A DNA stretch of 64,000 nt from Candidatus Saccharicenans sp. (GTDB lineage Bacteria > Acidobacteriota > Aminicenantia > Aminicenantales > Saccharicenantaceae). Location: NCBI GenBank assembly GCA_017992175.1, contig JAGOPD010000003.1, positions 7,811 to 71,810 of the forward strand, written 5' to 3'. Below the pieces are notes generated by a model that had not been told where the DNA came from, ran no database searches, and saw nothing but the letters and a program-made list of their open reading frames with translations. This document shows, piece by piece, positions 18,797-28,998 of the stretch (positions are counted from its first letter, which is position 1; the number at the start of each line of letters is the position of its first letter). Made by a program: the position numbers and the translations under genes.

Positions 18797-19786
18797 TTAA
18801 TGAGCTTCACCGTTGTAGCGGCCAAAGATCATCTTGCCGACTGTCGTCTGAAGAACCGAAGTAACAGTAATATCAACTGTCTGACCCATCATTCTGCGGG
18901 CATTATCTACGACCACCATGGTGCCATCATCCAGATAAGCCACACCCTGATCTTTCTCTTTCCCTTCCTTCAGGATAAAGACCCGCATAGTTTCTCCCGG
19001 CAGAACAACCGGCCGGAGGGCATTGGCCAGCTCATTGATATTCAAAACTTCAATGCCCTGGAGTTTGGCTATTTTATTGAGATTAAAATCATTGGTAATA
19101 ATTTTGGCTTTCAGGCCTTTAGCACATTCGATCAGCTTGGAATCGACTTCTTTGATCTCAGGAAAATCAATTTCGGAAATCATCACTTTGACTTTGGGCG
19201 ATTTTTGCAACCGGTCAAGAACCTCCAGACCGCGCCGCCCGCGCTGCCGTTTAAGAGCATCAGCTGAGTCAGCTACCAGCTGTAATTCTTTTAGCACAAA
19301 TTGTGGTACGACCAGCTCCCCATCAATAAAACCAGTCTCGCAGATCTCAGCAATCCGGCCATCAATTATCACCGAAGTATCGAGCAGCTTGTAAATGTGC
19401 TGTTCGTTTTCGCTCTGGAAGAAACTCACCAGAAAAGCCGGCTCCAGCCACTCGGGCTTTTTTAGACCGAGCAAAAAACCTAAATAGGGAAAGGCCAGAA
19501 GGAAGAACAGCCGGACAAAGGCCGAAGTTCCGGCAGTCTTAAATACCGATTGATAAATTGAACCAATCAGCCAGCCCGTCAGGACGCCAAGTAAAGTTCC
19601 CAGTGTTCCTGTCCAGACCAGCCTGAATTGAGCCCGTCTGAGTCTGGTTTCAGTCCAGATAATTAAAAATCCCAGAACCAGGCCGGCTGCCGCCCCCGCC
19701 GGCTTGGACAGGTTAAAAGGTGGATAAAAATAACCGGCCGCGGTGATAAGAGCTAGAATGATTGCTCTGATGAAGATTATGCCCAT
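18797..19786 (-). CDS. Membrane-anchored PIN/TRAM-domain protein (YacL-like)
   Basis: About four N-terminal TM helices are followed by a PIN fold ([12 protein letters not shown]..., acidic residues) and a C-terminal TRAM domain ([12 protein letters not shown]...[15 protein letters not shown]...[23 protein letters not shown]). It sits in the radA/ispF neighbourhood, as yacL does in Bacillus. Confidence 0.75.
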   Translation of the reverse strand: MGIIFIRAIILALITAAGYFYPPFNLSKPAGAAAGLVLGFLIIWTETRLRRAQFRLVWTGTLGTLLGVLTGWLIGSIYQSVFKTAGTSAFVRLFFLLAFPYLGFLLGLKKPEWLEPAFLVSFFQSENEQHIYKLLDTSVIIDGRIAEICETGFIDGELVVPQFVLKELQLVADSADALKRQRGRRGLEVLDRLQKSPKVKVMISEIDFPEIKEVDSKLIECAKGLKAKIITNDFNLNKIAKLQGIEVLNINELANALRPVVLPGETMRVFILKEGKEKDQGVAYLDDGTMVVVDNARRMMGQTVDITVTSVLQTTVGKMIFGRYNGEAH

Positions 19787-19839
19787 TTTGCTCCTTCCTG
19801 CTCAGACATCGCTCCCATTTTACAGAATCGGAAAGCAGA

Positions 19840-21195
19840 TTAGAAGACTTTGGCTAAAGCCTGCCTGACTGAGCTAACTCCTAAACATTTTATTCCTTGC
19901 CGGTTGTCACTATCGAGCTGCTGGAGACTACCTTCCGGCATCATCACCAGTTCAAAACCGAGTGACCTGGCTTCCCTGATCCTGGCCGCCGGTTGACTGA
20001 CTGACCTGATTTCCCCGCTCAAACCGACCTCGCCAAAGACCGCTAATTCCCGGGGCAGAGGCAAATTTTTGACCGATGAGATCACCGCCAGCACCACCCC
20101 CAGGTCAGCCGCTGGTTCATCCAGGCTCAAGCCCCCGGCTACATTAAGATAAATGTCCTCGCCGGCAAAGCTATAGCCAATCTTTTTCTCGGTTAAGGCC
20201 AGAAGCATGGCCATCCGGTAATGGTCCAGTCCGATAGACATGCGTCTGGGGTTGCCCATAAAGATAGTCGAGGAGACCAGGGCCTGGATTTCTACCAGCA
20301 GGGGCCTGGAACCTTTGATGGTCGAGACAATGGCACTTCCCGGCTCATTTTGAGGTCTTTCTTTTAAAAAGAATGCTGAAGGATTATCAATCGGGCGAAG
20401 ACCGGCCTGGCTCATTTCAAAAATAGCCAGTTCCGATACCGGGCCGAAGCGGTTCTTCATCACCCGCAATACCCGGTGACTGTGATCTCTCTCCCCCTCA
20501 AACAGCAGAACAACATCAACCATATGTTCGAGGGATTTTGGCCCGGCCAGTGTTCCGTCCTTGGTTATATGACCGATTAAAAACACCGGTATTTGATTTT
20601 TCTTGGCCAGGCGGAAAATCCGGTTGGTCACTTCTCTGACCTGGCTGATAGTCCCGGGGCTGGAGGTCAGTTGAGGCGAATAAATAGTTTGCACCGAATC
20701 AATAATCAAGGCCCTGGGTTTCATCTGATCAGCGATATTAATTATTCTTTCCAGGCTGGTTTCGGCCAGAAGATAGACCTGTTCATCATTGAGCTTCAGT
20801 CGTTCGCCCCGGAGTTTAATTTGCTCCAGTGATTCTTCTCCAGAAACATAAAGAACCGCCTGGCCGCCAGCAGCCAGATCACGTGAAACCTGGAGAAGAA
20901 GAGTTGACTTGCCAATTCCGGGTTCACCGCCAATCAGAACGACTGAACCCAGAACCAGCCCGCCCCCCAGAACATTATTAAATTGTTCAATACCGACTGG
21001 AATTCTTTGATTGCTGGCTGGCTTGATTTCACTGTAGAGCATCGCCTGACTGTTGCCGCCAGCTTCTTCACTTAAACCTTCCTCTTCGAATTCTTCCACC
21101 ATAGTCGAGAATTCGCCGCATTCAGGACAGCGGCCAAGCCATTTCGGCGAGCGGCAGCCGCAGTTTTGACAGACAAAGAATGTGCCCTTTTTCAT
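19840..21195 (-). CDS. radA: DNA repair protein RadA/Sms
   Basis: The N-terminal zinc ribbon is FVCQNCGCRSPKWLGRCPECGEF. The Walker A is GGEPGIGKST. The KNRFG motif and a Lon-like C-terminal domain are present. Confidence 0.9.
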   Translation of the reverse strand: MKKGTFFVCQNCGCRSPKWLGRCPECGEFSTMVEEFEEEGLSEEAGGNSQAMLYSEIKPASNQRIPVGIEQFNNVLGGGLVLGSVVLIGGEPGIGKSTLLLQVSRDLAAGGQAVLYVSGEESLEQIKLRGERLKLNDEQVYLLAETSLERIINIADQMKPRALIIDSVQTIYSPQLTSSPGTISQVREVTNRIFRLAKKNQIPVFLIGHITKDGTLAGPKSLEHMVDVVLLFEGERDHSHRVLRVMKNRFGPVSELAIFEMSQAGLRPIDNPSAFFLKERPQNEPGSAIVSTIKGSRPLLVEIQALVSSTIFMGNPRRMSIGLDHYRMAMLLALTEKKIGYSFAGEDIYLNVAGGLSLDEPAADLGVVLAVISSVKNLPLPRELAVFGEVGLSGEIRSVSQPAARIREARSLGFELVMMPEGSLQQLDSDNRQGIKCLGVSSVRQALAKVF

Positions 21196-22529
21196 CTGAG
21201 CTCAAACCCCAGGCCAAAATAAAATTCCCGCCTGCTGGCTAAGGTAAAATCATCCAGCCCGACCATCAGATAAAAATTCTTAACCGGATAAAGCCGGCCA
21301 AAGACCCGGAATTGAGGGCGCGGGTCGCGGTTAAAATCAAAGCCTTCAGCCCCGATGGCCAGCCTGTTTTTCAGCATATACCAGTCAACTCCAGCCCCAA
21401 AATTAGATTCGATGAGCCCGGCCCGGAAAGCCAGCGGACCGGTTTTAAAGCCACCCTGGAGTGAATAAACAAACTTATCCTGGAAAGGATCATGGGTCAC
21501 CCCGGCCAGCAACAAGCCTCTATCTTTCCAGGTCAAACCTCCATAAAGAGACCCTTTGAACAAATCGCTTTCGCCATAATAACTGCCTTCCAGTCCGGCG
21601 TTTAGCTTGATGGATGAAAAGGCCGAAGTTATGTTTTTGACTTCATTGATTGTACTTTTGGCTTCATCATAAAGAGAAGAGTCATTGATCAGTTCGCCCA
21701 CCGTTCCCTGGCCGCTATTCACTTTTTCCAGGGTCTGATTCAAAGTTTTGATAGTTTTACCCAGATTGGTCAGATCCTCTTTCAACTGGTCAAGATTCTC
21801 TTTCACCGCCGTTTTATTATCGCCGACCAGGCTCTGAATCTCAGCCAGAGTTTGTTCTATCTCTTCAGAGATGGAATCGATCTTAAGATTCAGGTTATCA
21901 ACCGCCCGGCCCGAGCCGGTGATAGCCTGATTAATCGCCGTCCGGTTTTCCTTAAGCAGAGAGTCGAGCTCGGCCGCTAAGGATTCAATATGCTGAACAC
22001 TCTTGCTGATGTTCTGACCAAGTTCCGGGGTTATAATTTTATTGATTGAACTGCTGATTTTTTTGACATCCTCGCCCATGGACATAAACAATGTCCCCAG
22101 CTGATCAAAACTGATCGGGGGCAGCGATTCCATGACCTCTCCACTCTCGTAATAAGTGTCTTCTTTACCGGGCATGATCTCGACATATTTTTCTCCCAGA
22201 ATCCCCATCGAAGACAGGCTGACTCTTGAGCCACGGGGGATGCGAAACTGAGGATAAATTAGCATCCCCACCTTGGCCCGCCGACCAGCCAGAGTAATAT
22301 CTTTGACCTCGCCGATCTTGATGCCAGCCAGCTTAACCGAAGCTTTATTCTCCAGGCCTAAAGCCGAGTCAAACAGGGCAAAAACTTCATAGCCAGGTTT
22401 TTTAAATAAATCACGCACGTTACCGATGAAAATAATGGCTAAAGCCAGAATCAGTAATAAACCTGCCAGAAAGGTGCCAATTTTAATTTCTCTTTTAGTT
22501 GGCATAACTTGCTCCTCACCATTCAGCAA
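21192..22529 (-). CDS. MCE/MlaD-family protein with long coiled-coil C-terminal region
   Basis: An N-terminal TM helix is followed by an MCE domain (...ALFDSALGLENKASVKLAGIKIGEVKDITL...). A long heptad-like region follows, and the C-terminus looks beta-rich. Confidence 0.7.
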   Translation of the reverse strand: MLNGEEQVMPTKREIKIGTFLAGLLLILALAIIFIGNVRDLFKKPGYEVFALFDSALGLENKASVKLAGIKIGEVKDITLAGRRAKVGMLIYPQFRIPRGSRVSLSSMGILGEKYVEIMPGKEDTYYESGEVMESLPPISFDQLGTLFMSMGEDVKKISSSINKIITPELGQNISKSVQHIESLAAELDSLLKENRTAINQAITGSGRAVDNLNLKIDSISEEIEQTLAEIQSLVGDNKTAVKENLDQLKEDLTNLGKTIKTLNQTLEKVNSGQGTVGELINDSSLYDEAKSTINEVKNITSAFSSIKLNAGLEGSYYGESDLFKGSLYGGLTWKDRGLLLAGVTHDPFQDKFVYSLQGGFKTGPLAFRAGLIESNFGAGVDWYMLKNRLAIGAEGFDFNRDPRPQFRVFGRLYPVKNFYLMVGLDDFTLASRREFYFGLGFELR

Positions 22530-23268
22530 TTGGCCCGGTAGCCCGGCCGTTAATGAACTGTTGAACTACCGGATTAGGCGAACTTTTTATTTCCTGGGGG
22601 GAATCAACTTCGATAATCCTGCCATCATAAAGCATAGCGATCCGGTCGGCTACTTTATAAGTGCTGTTCATATCATGAGTAATAACGATTGAGGTTACCT
22701 TTAAATCGTTTTTTAATTGCAGAATTAAATTATTGATGGCATCGGCCCGGATCGGATCAAGACCGGTGGTTGGTTCATCATACAGGACAATTTCCGGACC
22801 ATAGGCGATAGCCCTGGCCAGGCCGACCCTTTTTTTCATGCCGCCCGATAGCTCATAGGGAAGCAACTCCCCAATTTCCCGCAAGCCGACCCTTTCCAGA
22901 CTGGCTGTCACCACTTTTTTAATCTCCTCCTCGGGAAGATCAGTATGACGCCGGAGGCCAAAAGCTACATTTTCCTCGACCGTCAGAGAATCAAAAAGAG
23001 CCGAACCCTGGAAAAGCATGCCAAATTTCCGGCTCAGCTTCAGGATTTCTTTTTCAGTTAAGGAATTGGTCTGCTGCCCGTCAACATAAATGTTACCAGC
23101 GTCTGGCTTCATGATGCCAATGATATGTTTCAGCAGAACACTTTTGCCCGAGCCGCTCTGCCCGATAATGACCATGATTTCCCCGGCCTCGATTTCCAGG
23201 TCAACCCCTTTGAGCACTTCTTTCTGGCCAAAGGACTTATATAGGTTCTCAATTTTAATTTTGGTCAT
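22516..23268 (-). CDS. mlaF: ABC transporter ATP-binding protein (MlaF-like)
   Basis: The Walker A is GQSGSGKSV, the signature is LSGGMKKRVGLARA and the Walker B is VLYDEPTTGLD. It lies adjacent to the MlaE permease. Confidence 0.8.
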   Translation of the reverse strand: MTKIKIENLYKSFGQKEVLKGVDLEIEAGEIMVIIGQSGSGKSVLLKHIIGIMKPDAGNIYVDGQQTNSLTEKEILKLSRKFGMLFQGSALFDSLTVEENVAFGLRRHTDLPEEEIKKVVTASLERVGLREIGELLPYELSGGMKKRVGLARAIAYGPEIVLYDEPTTGLDPIRADAINNLILQLKNDLKVTSIVITHDMNSTYKVADRIAMLYDGRIIEVDSPQEIKSSPNPVVQQFINGRATGPIAEW

Positions 23269-23277
23269 GTTCTTTTA

Positions 23278-24087
23278 TCACAGAGTGGCCGGCAGAATTT
23301 TACTTATAAAGAAATTGAGGATCAGGATGGAAATACTTGATACCACCACCGATTTAGTTGTCGCCCGGCCCACGCCTTCCGCCCCGCCTTCAGTGGTCAG
23401 GCCTTGCCAGCAGCCGATAATGGCGATGATCAGGCCAAAGACCAGCGCCTTGATGACTCCGACCGAGATATCCCACAGCTGAAAATATTTAAGAGTCAGA
23501 TTAACATAAAGAGTATGGTTAACATGCATGAGCAGAACATTATAAGCATAGGCCCCGAAAATTCCGATAAAATCGCCATAAATGGTCAAAGCCGGAACCA
23601 TAATCAAACTGGCCAGAGTCCGCGGGACCACCAGATAATTAACCGGATTCGCCCCGAGACTGACCAGAGCATCGATTTGCTCGGTAATCTTCATGGTGCC
23701 AATTTCGGCCGCCATCGACGAGCCAACCCGGCCGGCGACCATCAATCCGACCAGAATCGGGATTAACTCCCGGCTCAGGCCAACAGCAATAATCGAACCT
23801 GTCTGGGCTTCTGAGCCAGGGCCAATATAGCGATGAAAACCGAGGTAAGACTGCAGGCCAAAAACCAGCCCGCCAAAAGCGGCGGTTAAAGCCACGACCA
23901 CCAGTGAATTTACTCCAACCTCTTCCAGTTGCTGGACAAAAATGGCTTTTTCAAAAGGCTTTTGGAATAGGCCCCGACAGGCCCGGACAGCCAGGTCAAA
24001 GACTTGAGCCAGCTCGGAAAAAAATTGGTAGAGGGGTCTCTCCTGGAACTGACTCTTTATTTTGTTTTCAATTGATTCAGCTTTCAT
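23278..24087 (-). CDS. mlaE: ABC transporter permease (MlaE-like)
   Basis: It is a polytopic membrane protein with the MlaE-type core ...GVNSLVVVALTAAFGG.VFGLQ...GR.GSSMAAEIGTM.. The start was chosen at MKAESIE (24087), which avoids a 113-nt overlap with dnaB. The ORF-track start at 24189 is probably wrong. Confidence 0.7.
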   Translation of the reverse strand: MKAESIENKIKSQFQERPLYQFFSELAQVFDLAVRACRGLFQKPFEKAIFVQQLEEVGVNSLVVVALTAAFGGLVFGLQSYLGFHRYIGPGSEAQTGSIIAVGLSRELIPILVGLMVAGRVGSSMAAEIGTMKITEQIDALVSLGANPVNYLVVPRTLASLIMVPALTIYGDFIGIFGAYAYNVLLMHVNHTLYVNLTLKYFQLWDISVGVIKALVFGLIIAIIGCWQGLTTEGGAEGVGRATTKSVVVSSISILILNFFISKILPATL

Positions 24088-25441
24088 TCTCAGCCTGATA
24101 AGTGAAATCCCTATTGACAAACCTGGCATATTCTCGCAGGAAAACAAGCGAGGCGACGCCCAGTGGCCCGTTTCTTTGCTTGGCCACACTAACTTCAGCT
24201 AATCCCTTAACGGCCTCGTCATCAGGGTGGTAATAATCATGGCGATAGATAAAAATCACCACGTCTGCATCCTGCTCGATGGCTCCTGACTCGCGGAGAT
24301 CAGACAGAACTGGCTTGGCCTCTTTCCGGAGTTTTTCCGGTGCCCGGCTCAGCTGAGAAACTCCAACCACCGGAATCTGGAGCTCCTTGGCCAGTTCTTT
24401 TAAGGACCTGGAAATAAATGACATCTCCTGGTTTCGGTTTTCGAACCGGCCGCCAGTTCGCATCAGCTGTATATAATCAACAAAGACAATATCGAGGTGC
24501 CCTTCCAATTTTAACCGCCGGCACTTGGCTTTCATTTCCATCACGGTCAGAGCCGCCGATTCATCTATGTAGATCCTGGCCTGTGACAGGGTTTCACCAG
24601 CCAGACGCAACCGTTCGAATTCCCGGTCACCGATCGAGCCAGACCTGGCCTTCCTTAAATCGACCTGGGCTTCGGCGCACAGCAGGCGCAAAGCTACCTG
24701 TTCCTTTGACATTTCAATTGAAAAAAAGCCGGCCTGATAATCGGTCTGCAGGCCAATATATTGAGTCATATTCAAGGCTAAAGCCGTCTTGCCCATTGAG
24801 GGTCTGGCCGCGACTACAATAAATTCAGAGGGATGAAAACCGGCGGTCAGGGTATCCAGATCGATAAAGCCAGAGGGCACCCCGGTCACCGCCTCCTTTC
24901 TGTCGGCTAATTGCCGGATAGTCTCCAGCATCGAACCGGTCAGTGACCCCAGAGGTATAAAGCCGGGCCTGATTTTTTCTTCAGCAATTTCGACAATCGA
25001 CTGCTGGGCTTCGCTGATCAGGGTATCCGGATCAACTTGCTGTTCATAAGAGTCATTAATAATCCTGGAAGAAGATAAGATTAGCTTCCGCAGCAGAGAT
25101 TTTTCTTTAATGATCTGGGCATGGTAGCTAATATTTAAGCTTCTTGGCACTCCATCCATGAGAGAGGCCAGATAGGCAGCTCCACCGACCTCCTCCAGGC
25201 GGCCGGCCTTGTGCAGCTCTTCGCTCAAAGTTAATAGATCTATAGGCTGGCCTTTATCCATGAGGCCGATCATAGTCTCCAGGATCAGGCGGTGGTTGTC
25301 CTTGTAGAAATCTTCAGGGGTTAAAGAACTTAGGACAACATTCAAATGAGCATTATTAACGAGAATTCCCCCCAGCACAGTCTTTTCTGCTTCCAGGCTA
25401 TGGGGAGGAGTTTTCTTGAGGACGGTTAAATCGACTTCCAT
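24077..25441 (-). CDS. dnaB: Replicative DNA helicase
   Basis: It has a DnaB N-terminal domain. The Walker A is ARPSMGKTALALN. The motifs ...FSIEMS.., ...IVFVDYIQLM and SQLSR are DnaB H-motifs. Confidence 0.9.
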   Translation of the reverse strand: MEVDLTVLKKTPPHSLEAEKTVLGGILVNNAHLNVVLSSLTPEDFYKDNHRLILETMIGLMDKGQPIDLLTLSEELHKAGRLEEVGGAAYLASLMDGVPRSLNISYHAQIIKEKSLLRKLILSSSRIINDSYEQQVDPDTLISEAQQSIVEIAEEKIRPGFIPLGSLTGSMLETIRQLADRKEAVTGVPSGFIDLDTLTAGFHPSEFIVVAARPSMGKTALALNMTQYIGLQTDYQAGFFSIEMSKEQVALRLLCAEAQVDLRKARSGSIGDREFERLRLAGETLSQARIYIDESAALTVMEMKAKCRRLKLEGHLDIVFVDYIQLMRTGGRFENRNQEMSFISRSLKELAKELQIPVVGVSQLSRAPEKLRKEAKPVLSDLRESGAIEQDADVVIFIYRHDYYHPDDEAVKGLAEVSVAKQRNGPLGVASLVFLREYARFVNRDFTYQAENES

Positions 25442-25527
25442 CTTTTTTTCTCTTTTCTGAATACTCTCGTCCTTTAATCTATCTATAAATTAAAGAGACG
25501 AAATATCAGTTGCGCCCGTTCTCAAGC

Positions 25528-26016
25528 TCAGTTATTTTTTTGGCCGTCAACGGCTGATCCCGGAGCGGTTGCTTCTTCTTTGCTGACCGTCACTTTTATT
25601 TCGGCCCGCTCATCGTGATAGATTTTGACAGGAACAGTAAAAGTCCCCAGCCGTTTAATTGGTTCATCCAGCATAATCTTTTTCTTATCTACATCGAAAC
25701 CAAGCTTGGCCAGCTCAACCTGAATATCACCGGCTGAGACTGAGCCAAAAATGATATCTTTTTCACTCGAGCGGCGGCTGATTTGCAACTGGACCTCATT
25801 GAGCTTGTTAATCATTTCCTGGTAAGTCAGCCTTTCTTTTTCTTCTTTCTTTTTGAGCGCCTTCTGCCTCATTTCTACCATTTTTATATTGCTGGGAGTG
25901 ACCTCCATGGCTAACTGGCGCGGGATAAGATAATTACGGGCAAAACCGGGAGCCACATTCAGGACATCGCCCTTTTTCCCGACCTTCTCGACACTCTCTA
26001 AGAGAATTACTTTCAT
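25528..26016 (-). CDS. rplI: 50S ribosomal protein L9
   Basis: MKVILLESVEKVGKKGDVLNVAPGFARNYLIPRQLA is the canonical L9 N-domain. Confidence 0.9.
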   Translation of the reverse strand: MKVILLESVEKVGKKGDVLNVAPGFARNYLIPRQLAMEVTPSNIKMVEMRQKALKKKEEKERLTYQEMINKLNEVQLQISRRSSEKDIIFGSVSAGDIQVELAKLGFDVDKKKIMLDEPIKRLGTFTVPVKIYHDERAEIKVTVSKEEATAPGSAVDGQKNN

Positions 26017-26033
26017 CAGGTGTCTCCTTGGCT

Positions 26034-26300
26034 TTAATCTTCAACGAAGGGCAGCAGCGCCATGATTCTGGCTCTTTTGACAGCCCGGGCCAGTTTTCTC
26101 TGATGATAGGCGCAGGTCCCTGTTATTCTTCTCGGGGCGATTTTCCCCCGGTCGGGAATGTAACGGTGCAAAATGTCAATCGACTTATAGTCTATCTCAT
26201 TAATATTCCGTTCACAAAACCGGCAGACTTTTCTCTTCGGAGGAAAAAATTTCCGTCCCGGCATCCGGTCAGTCTTTTCTCGTTCTTCTCTGATAGCCAT
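26034..26300 (-). CDS. rpsR: 30S ribosomal protein S18
   Basis: The sequence ...[60 protein letters not shown] is S18. The start is taken at MAIREE (26300), directly after the rpsF stop. The ORF-track start (26321) would overlap rpsF. Confidence 0.85.
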   Translation of the reverse strand: MAIREEREKTDRMPGRKFFPPKRKVCRFCERNINEIDYKSIDILHRYIPDRGKIAPRRITGTCAYHQRKLARAVKRARIMALLPFVED

Positions 26301-26301
26301 C

Positions 26302-26700
26302 TTACTTTCCCTCCTCATCATTTTGCTCTGGAGCAGCAGGTGCTGGAGCCGGGGCAGGCTCAGGAGAGGCTGGCTCTAAGGTCTTCTCTTTTTTCTTACC
26401 TTGTTTCAGTTCGCCAGGACTTTTCCTAACCGTCATAAATCTCAGGATTGGATCAGTTTGTTTGAACTTTCTTTCCAGTTCGGCCGGCACAACCGGCGTG
26501 CCCTCATAATTAAAAAACACGTAGAAGCCCTCCTGATATCTTTTAATCGGATAGGCCAGCTTTCGTTTTCCCCAGAGGTCCTGCTTGATCATCCGGCCCT
26601 TTTTGGCTGAAACGACTTCAGCCATTTGAACAATTAGAGCTGAAGTTTCCTCTTCAGACAGGTTGGGGGCAATTATAAAGCCCGTTTCATACTGATTCAT
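26302..26700 (-). CDS. rpsF: 30S ribosomal protein S6
   Basis: The N-terminus [18 protein letters not shown]..., ...[24 protein letters not shown] and an acidic/Ala-Pro-rich C-terminal tail are present. Confidence 0.85.
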   Translation of the reverse strand: MNQYETGFIIAPNLSEEETSALIVQMAEVVSAKKGRMIKQDLWGKRKLAYPIKRYQEGFYVFFNYEGTPVVPAELERKFKQTDPILRFMTVRKSPGELKQGKKKEKTLEPASPEPAPAPAPAAPEQNDEEGK

Positions 26701-26770
26701 CTTATCCTCCTTGTGGATTAACAGCCCCTTCGCCTGGGCGAAGAAGCAAGGAGCTAAGTGTTATTGTAAA

Positions 26771-27355
26771 CTATTTTTCTAAAAAATCAACCCGGCGGCG
26801 GTTAAAAGTGTTCATGGCTTCAGCCAGACGGCCGGAAACGATCAGCTCTACAGCCTGGCAGGCTTTATCGACTGCCTGTTTCATTTTTATTTTTTCTTCT
26901 TCCGAAAAGCGAGCCAGCACATAATCAGCTGCCTCGTTTTCCTCAGGCTTTGGCCCGATACCCAGCCTGATTCGCGGAAAAGATTGGGTACCTATAGCTT
27001 CAACAATAGATTTCATTCCTTTATGACTGCCAGGGCTGCCCTGTGGCCTTATCCGGATTTGGCCCAGCGGAAGATCCAGGTCATCATAAATGACCAGCAG
27101 GTTTTCTGGCCTGACCTTATAAGAAGCCAGTAGCGACTTAATTGCCAGGCCGCTAAGATTCATGAACGTTTGAGGCAGAGCCAGGATGACCCTTGTCCGC
27201 CCACGCCTGGTTTCGGCTAAGCGGGAACTGCCAGCGCGCTGATCCAGTTTCAGGCCCCATTTTTGACTGAGGCTCTGCCCGACCATAAAGCCAGCGTTGT
27301 GCCGTGTGCCCAAGTATTCAGAACCAGGATTACCCAGCCCAACGACCAGCCACAC
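26771..27355 (-). CDS. pth: Peptidyl-tRNA hydrolase
   Basis: MWLVVGLGNPGSEYLGTRHNAGFMV is the catalytic His region. ...NLSG... and ..DDLDLPLG are also present. Confidence 0.9.
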   Translation of the reverse strand: MWLVVGLGNPGSEYLGTRHNAGFMVGQSLSQKWGLKLDQRAGSSRLAETRRGRTRVILALPQTFMNLSGLAIKSLLASYKVRPENLLVIYDDLDLPLGQIRIRPQGSPGSHKGMKSIVEAIGTQSFPRIRLGIGPKPEENEAADYVLARFSEEEKIKMKQAVDKACQAVELIVSGRLAEAMNTFNRRRVDFLEK

Positions 27356-28021
27356 TTACTGCTCCTTGGTTTCTTCTTCCTCTTTCTTGCGTTCTTTCCT
27401 GATGAGCTCCGGCTCTTTCATTTCGGCCCCTTCAATTACTTCTTCAGCCGGGGCCGGAGCCGCTTCCTCCGCTACGCTGCTGATGACGGCAATAGCGGCA
27501 TTGGGATCAGCATTGACTTTGAGACCAGCCGGAAGAGCCAGGTTCTGAACTTTAAATGACTGATGAATATGAAGACCACTGATATCAATTTTAATTGATT
27601 CGGGAATCTCCCTGGGCAAGCATTCCACGTCGAGTTCACGCAATAAAAAGTCCACGACCCCGCCTTCGGTTTTGACTCCCACCGGTTCTCCTACCAGTTC
27701 GATCGGAACCGAGACTCTGACCGGTTTATCCATAGAGATTTCAATCAGATCAAGATGAGTTAATTCGTCAGTCACCGGGTTGATCTGAACATCTTTGAGC
27801 ATCACATCTTTTTCCCCAGAACCCACCGCTACCCGGAAAATGGTATTTTCACCAGTTTCTGATTTAAGAATTTCTATGATGTCTTTTTTTTGGAGAGTTA
27901 AGGGCTGGCTGGCTGTTTGCCCACCATAAAGAACAGCCGGGACCAGGCCTTGTTTTCTCAGGCGGCCAGCAGCATTTTTTCCAGTTTTCTGTCTTGTTTC
28001 AGCCTTAATGACCAATGTCAT
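27356..28021 (-). CDS. rplY: 50S ribosomal protein L25 / general stress protein Ctc
   Basis: The N-terminus is ...AETRQKTGKNAAGRLRKQGLVPAVLYGG. The Ctc-type C-terminal domain ends in an acidic/Lys tail. Confidence 0.85.
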   Translation of the reverse strand: MTLVIKAETRQKTGKNAAGRLRKQGLVPAVLYGGQTASQPLTLQKKDIIEILKSETGENTIFRVAVGSGEKDVMLKDVQINPVTDELTHLDLIEISMDKPVRVSVPIELVGEPVGVKTEGGVVDFLLRELDVECLPREIPESIKIDISGLHIHQSFKVQNLALPAGLKVNADPNAAIAVISSVAEEAAPAPAEEVIEGAEMKEPELIRKERKKEEEETKEQ

Positions 28022-28034
28022 GTTTTCCTCCTAA

Positions 28035-28967
28035 TTAGGCAAATAGAGAGCTAACCGAGCTACCCTCATTTATTCTTCTGATCGCTTCGCCAAAAAGCTC
28101 AGCTACCGATAGAACTTCAAATTTTGAATCCTGGCCAGCTTCGGCCTTGAGCGGGATGGTGTCGGTGACATAGACCTTTTCCAGGCCGGAGGCTTTAATC
28201 CTGGTCACAGCCGGTCCGGATAACACCGGATGCGTACAGGCGGCTAAAACCTGCCTGGCTCCTTCTTGTTTAAGAACATCCACTCCCAGGGTCAGAGTTC
28301 CGGCAGTATCCACCATGTCATCAAAAATCAGGACATTCTGGTCCCTGACATCTCCAATGACATGAAGAACCTGAGCTACATTGGGAGCAGGCCTCCTTTT
28401 GTCAATGATAGCCAGCCGGGCATTCAGCCTCTGGGCGAAAACCCTGGCCCGGCCAACCCCTCCTGCATCCGGAGAGACCACGGTCAGATTATCAAGTTGC
28501 AGACTCTTGACATGCCCGGCAATGACCGGAGCAGCCATCAGGTTATCAACCGGAATGGAGAAAAACCCCTGAATCTGAGGCGAATGAAGGTCCATGGTTA
28601 AAACCCGGTTGGCCCCAGCTGTTTCCAGCAGGTCCGCCATGAGACGGGCAGAGATCGGGACCCGGGGCCGGTCCTTCCAGTCCTGGCGGGCATAGGCAAA
28701 ATAAGGGATAACGGCAGTGATTCTGCCGGCTGAGGCCCGCTTAAAAGCATCCAGCATCAGGAATAATTCCATCAGATGAAAATTGGCATCATGGCTGCCC
28801 GACTGAATAACAAAAACATCCTCGCCTCGCACATTCTCATCAATGTAAAAGTGGATTTCCCCATCAGCGAACCGTTCGAGAACTGACCTGCCCAGCTCAA
28901 GATTTAAATAGCGGGCAATGTTTTGAGCCAGTTGCGGATTCGAACTGCCAGAAAAAACCTTTAACAT
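28035..28967 (-). CDS. prs: Ribose-phosphate pyrophosphokinase
   Basis: MLKVFSGSSNPQLAQNIA..., ...RFADGEI..., the PRPP-binding loop DMVDTAGT and ..VSPDAGG.. are present. Confidence 0.9.
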   Translation of the reverse strand: MLKVFSGSSNPQLAQNIARYLNLELGRSVLERFADGEIHFYIDENVRGEDVFVIQSGSHDANFHLMELFLMLDAFKRASAGRITAVIPYFAYARQDWKDRPRVPISARLMADLLETAGANRVLTMDLHSPQIQGFFSIPVDNLMAAPVIAGHVKSLQLDNLTVVSPDAGGVGRARVFAQRLNARLAIIDKRRPAPNVAQVLHVIGDVRDQNVLIFDDMVDTAGTLTLGVDVLKQEGARQVLAACTHPVLSGPAVTRIKASGLEKVYVTDTIPLKAEAGQDSKFEVLSVAELFGEAIRRINEGSSVSSLFA

Positions 28968-28998
28968 CTTTCTTTCCTTTACCGCGGTTTCATCAAAG

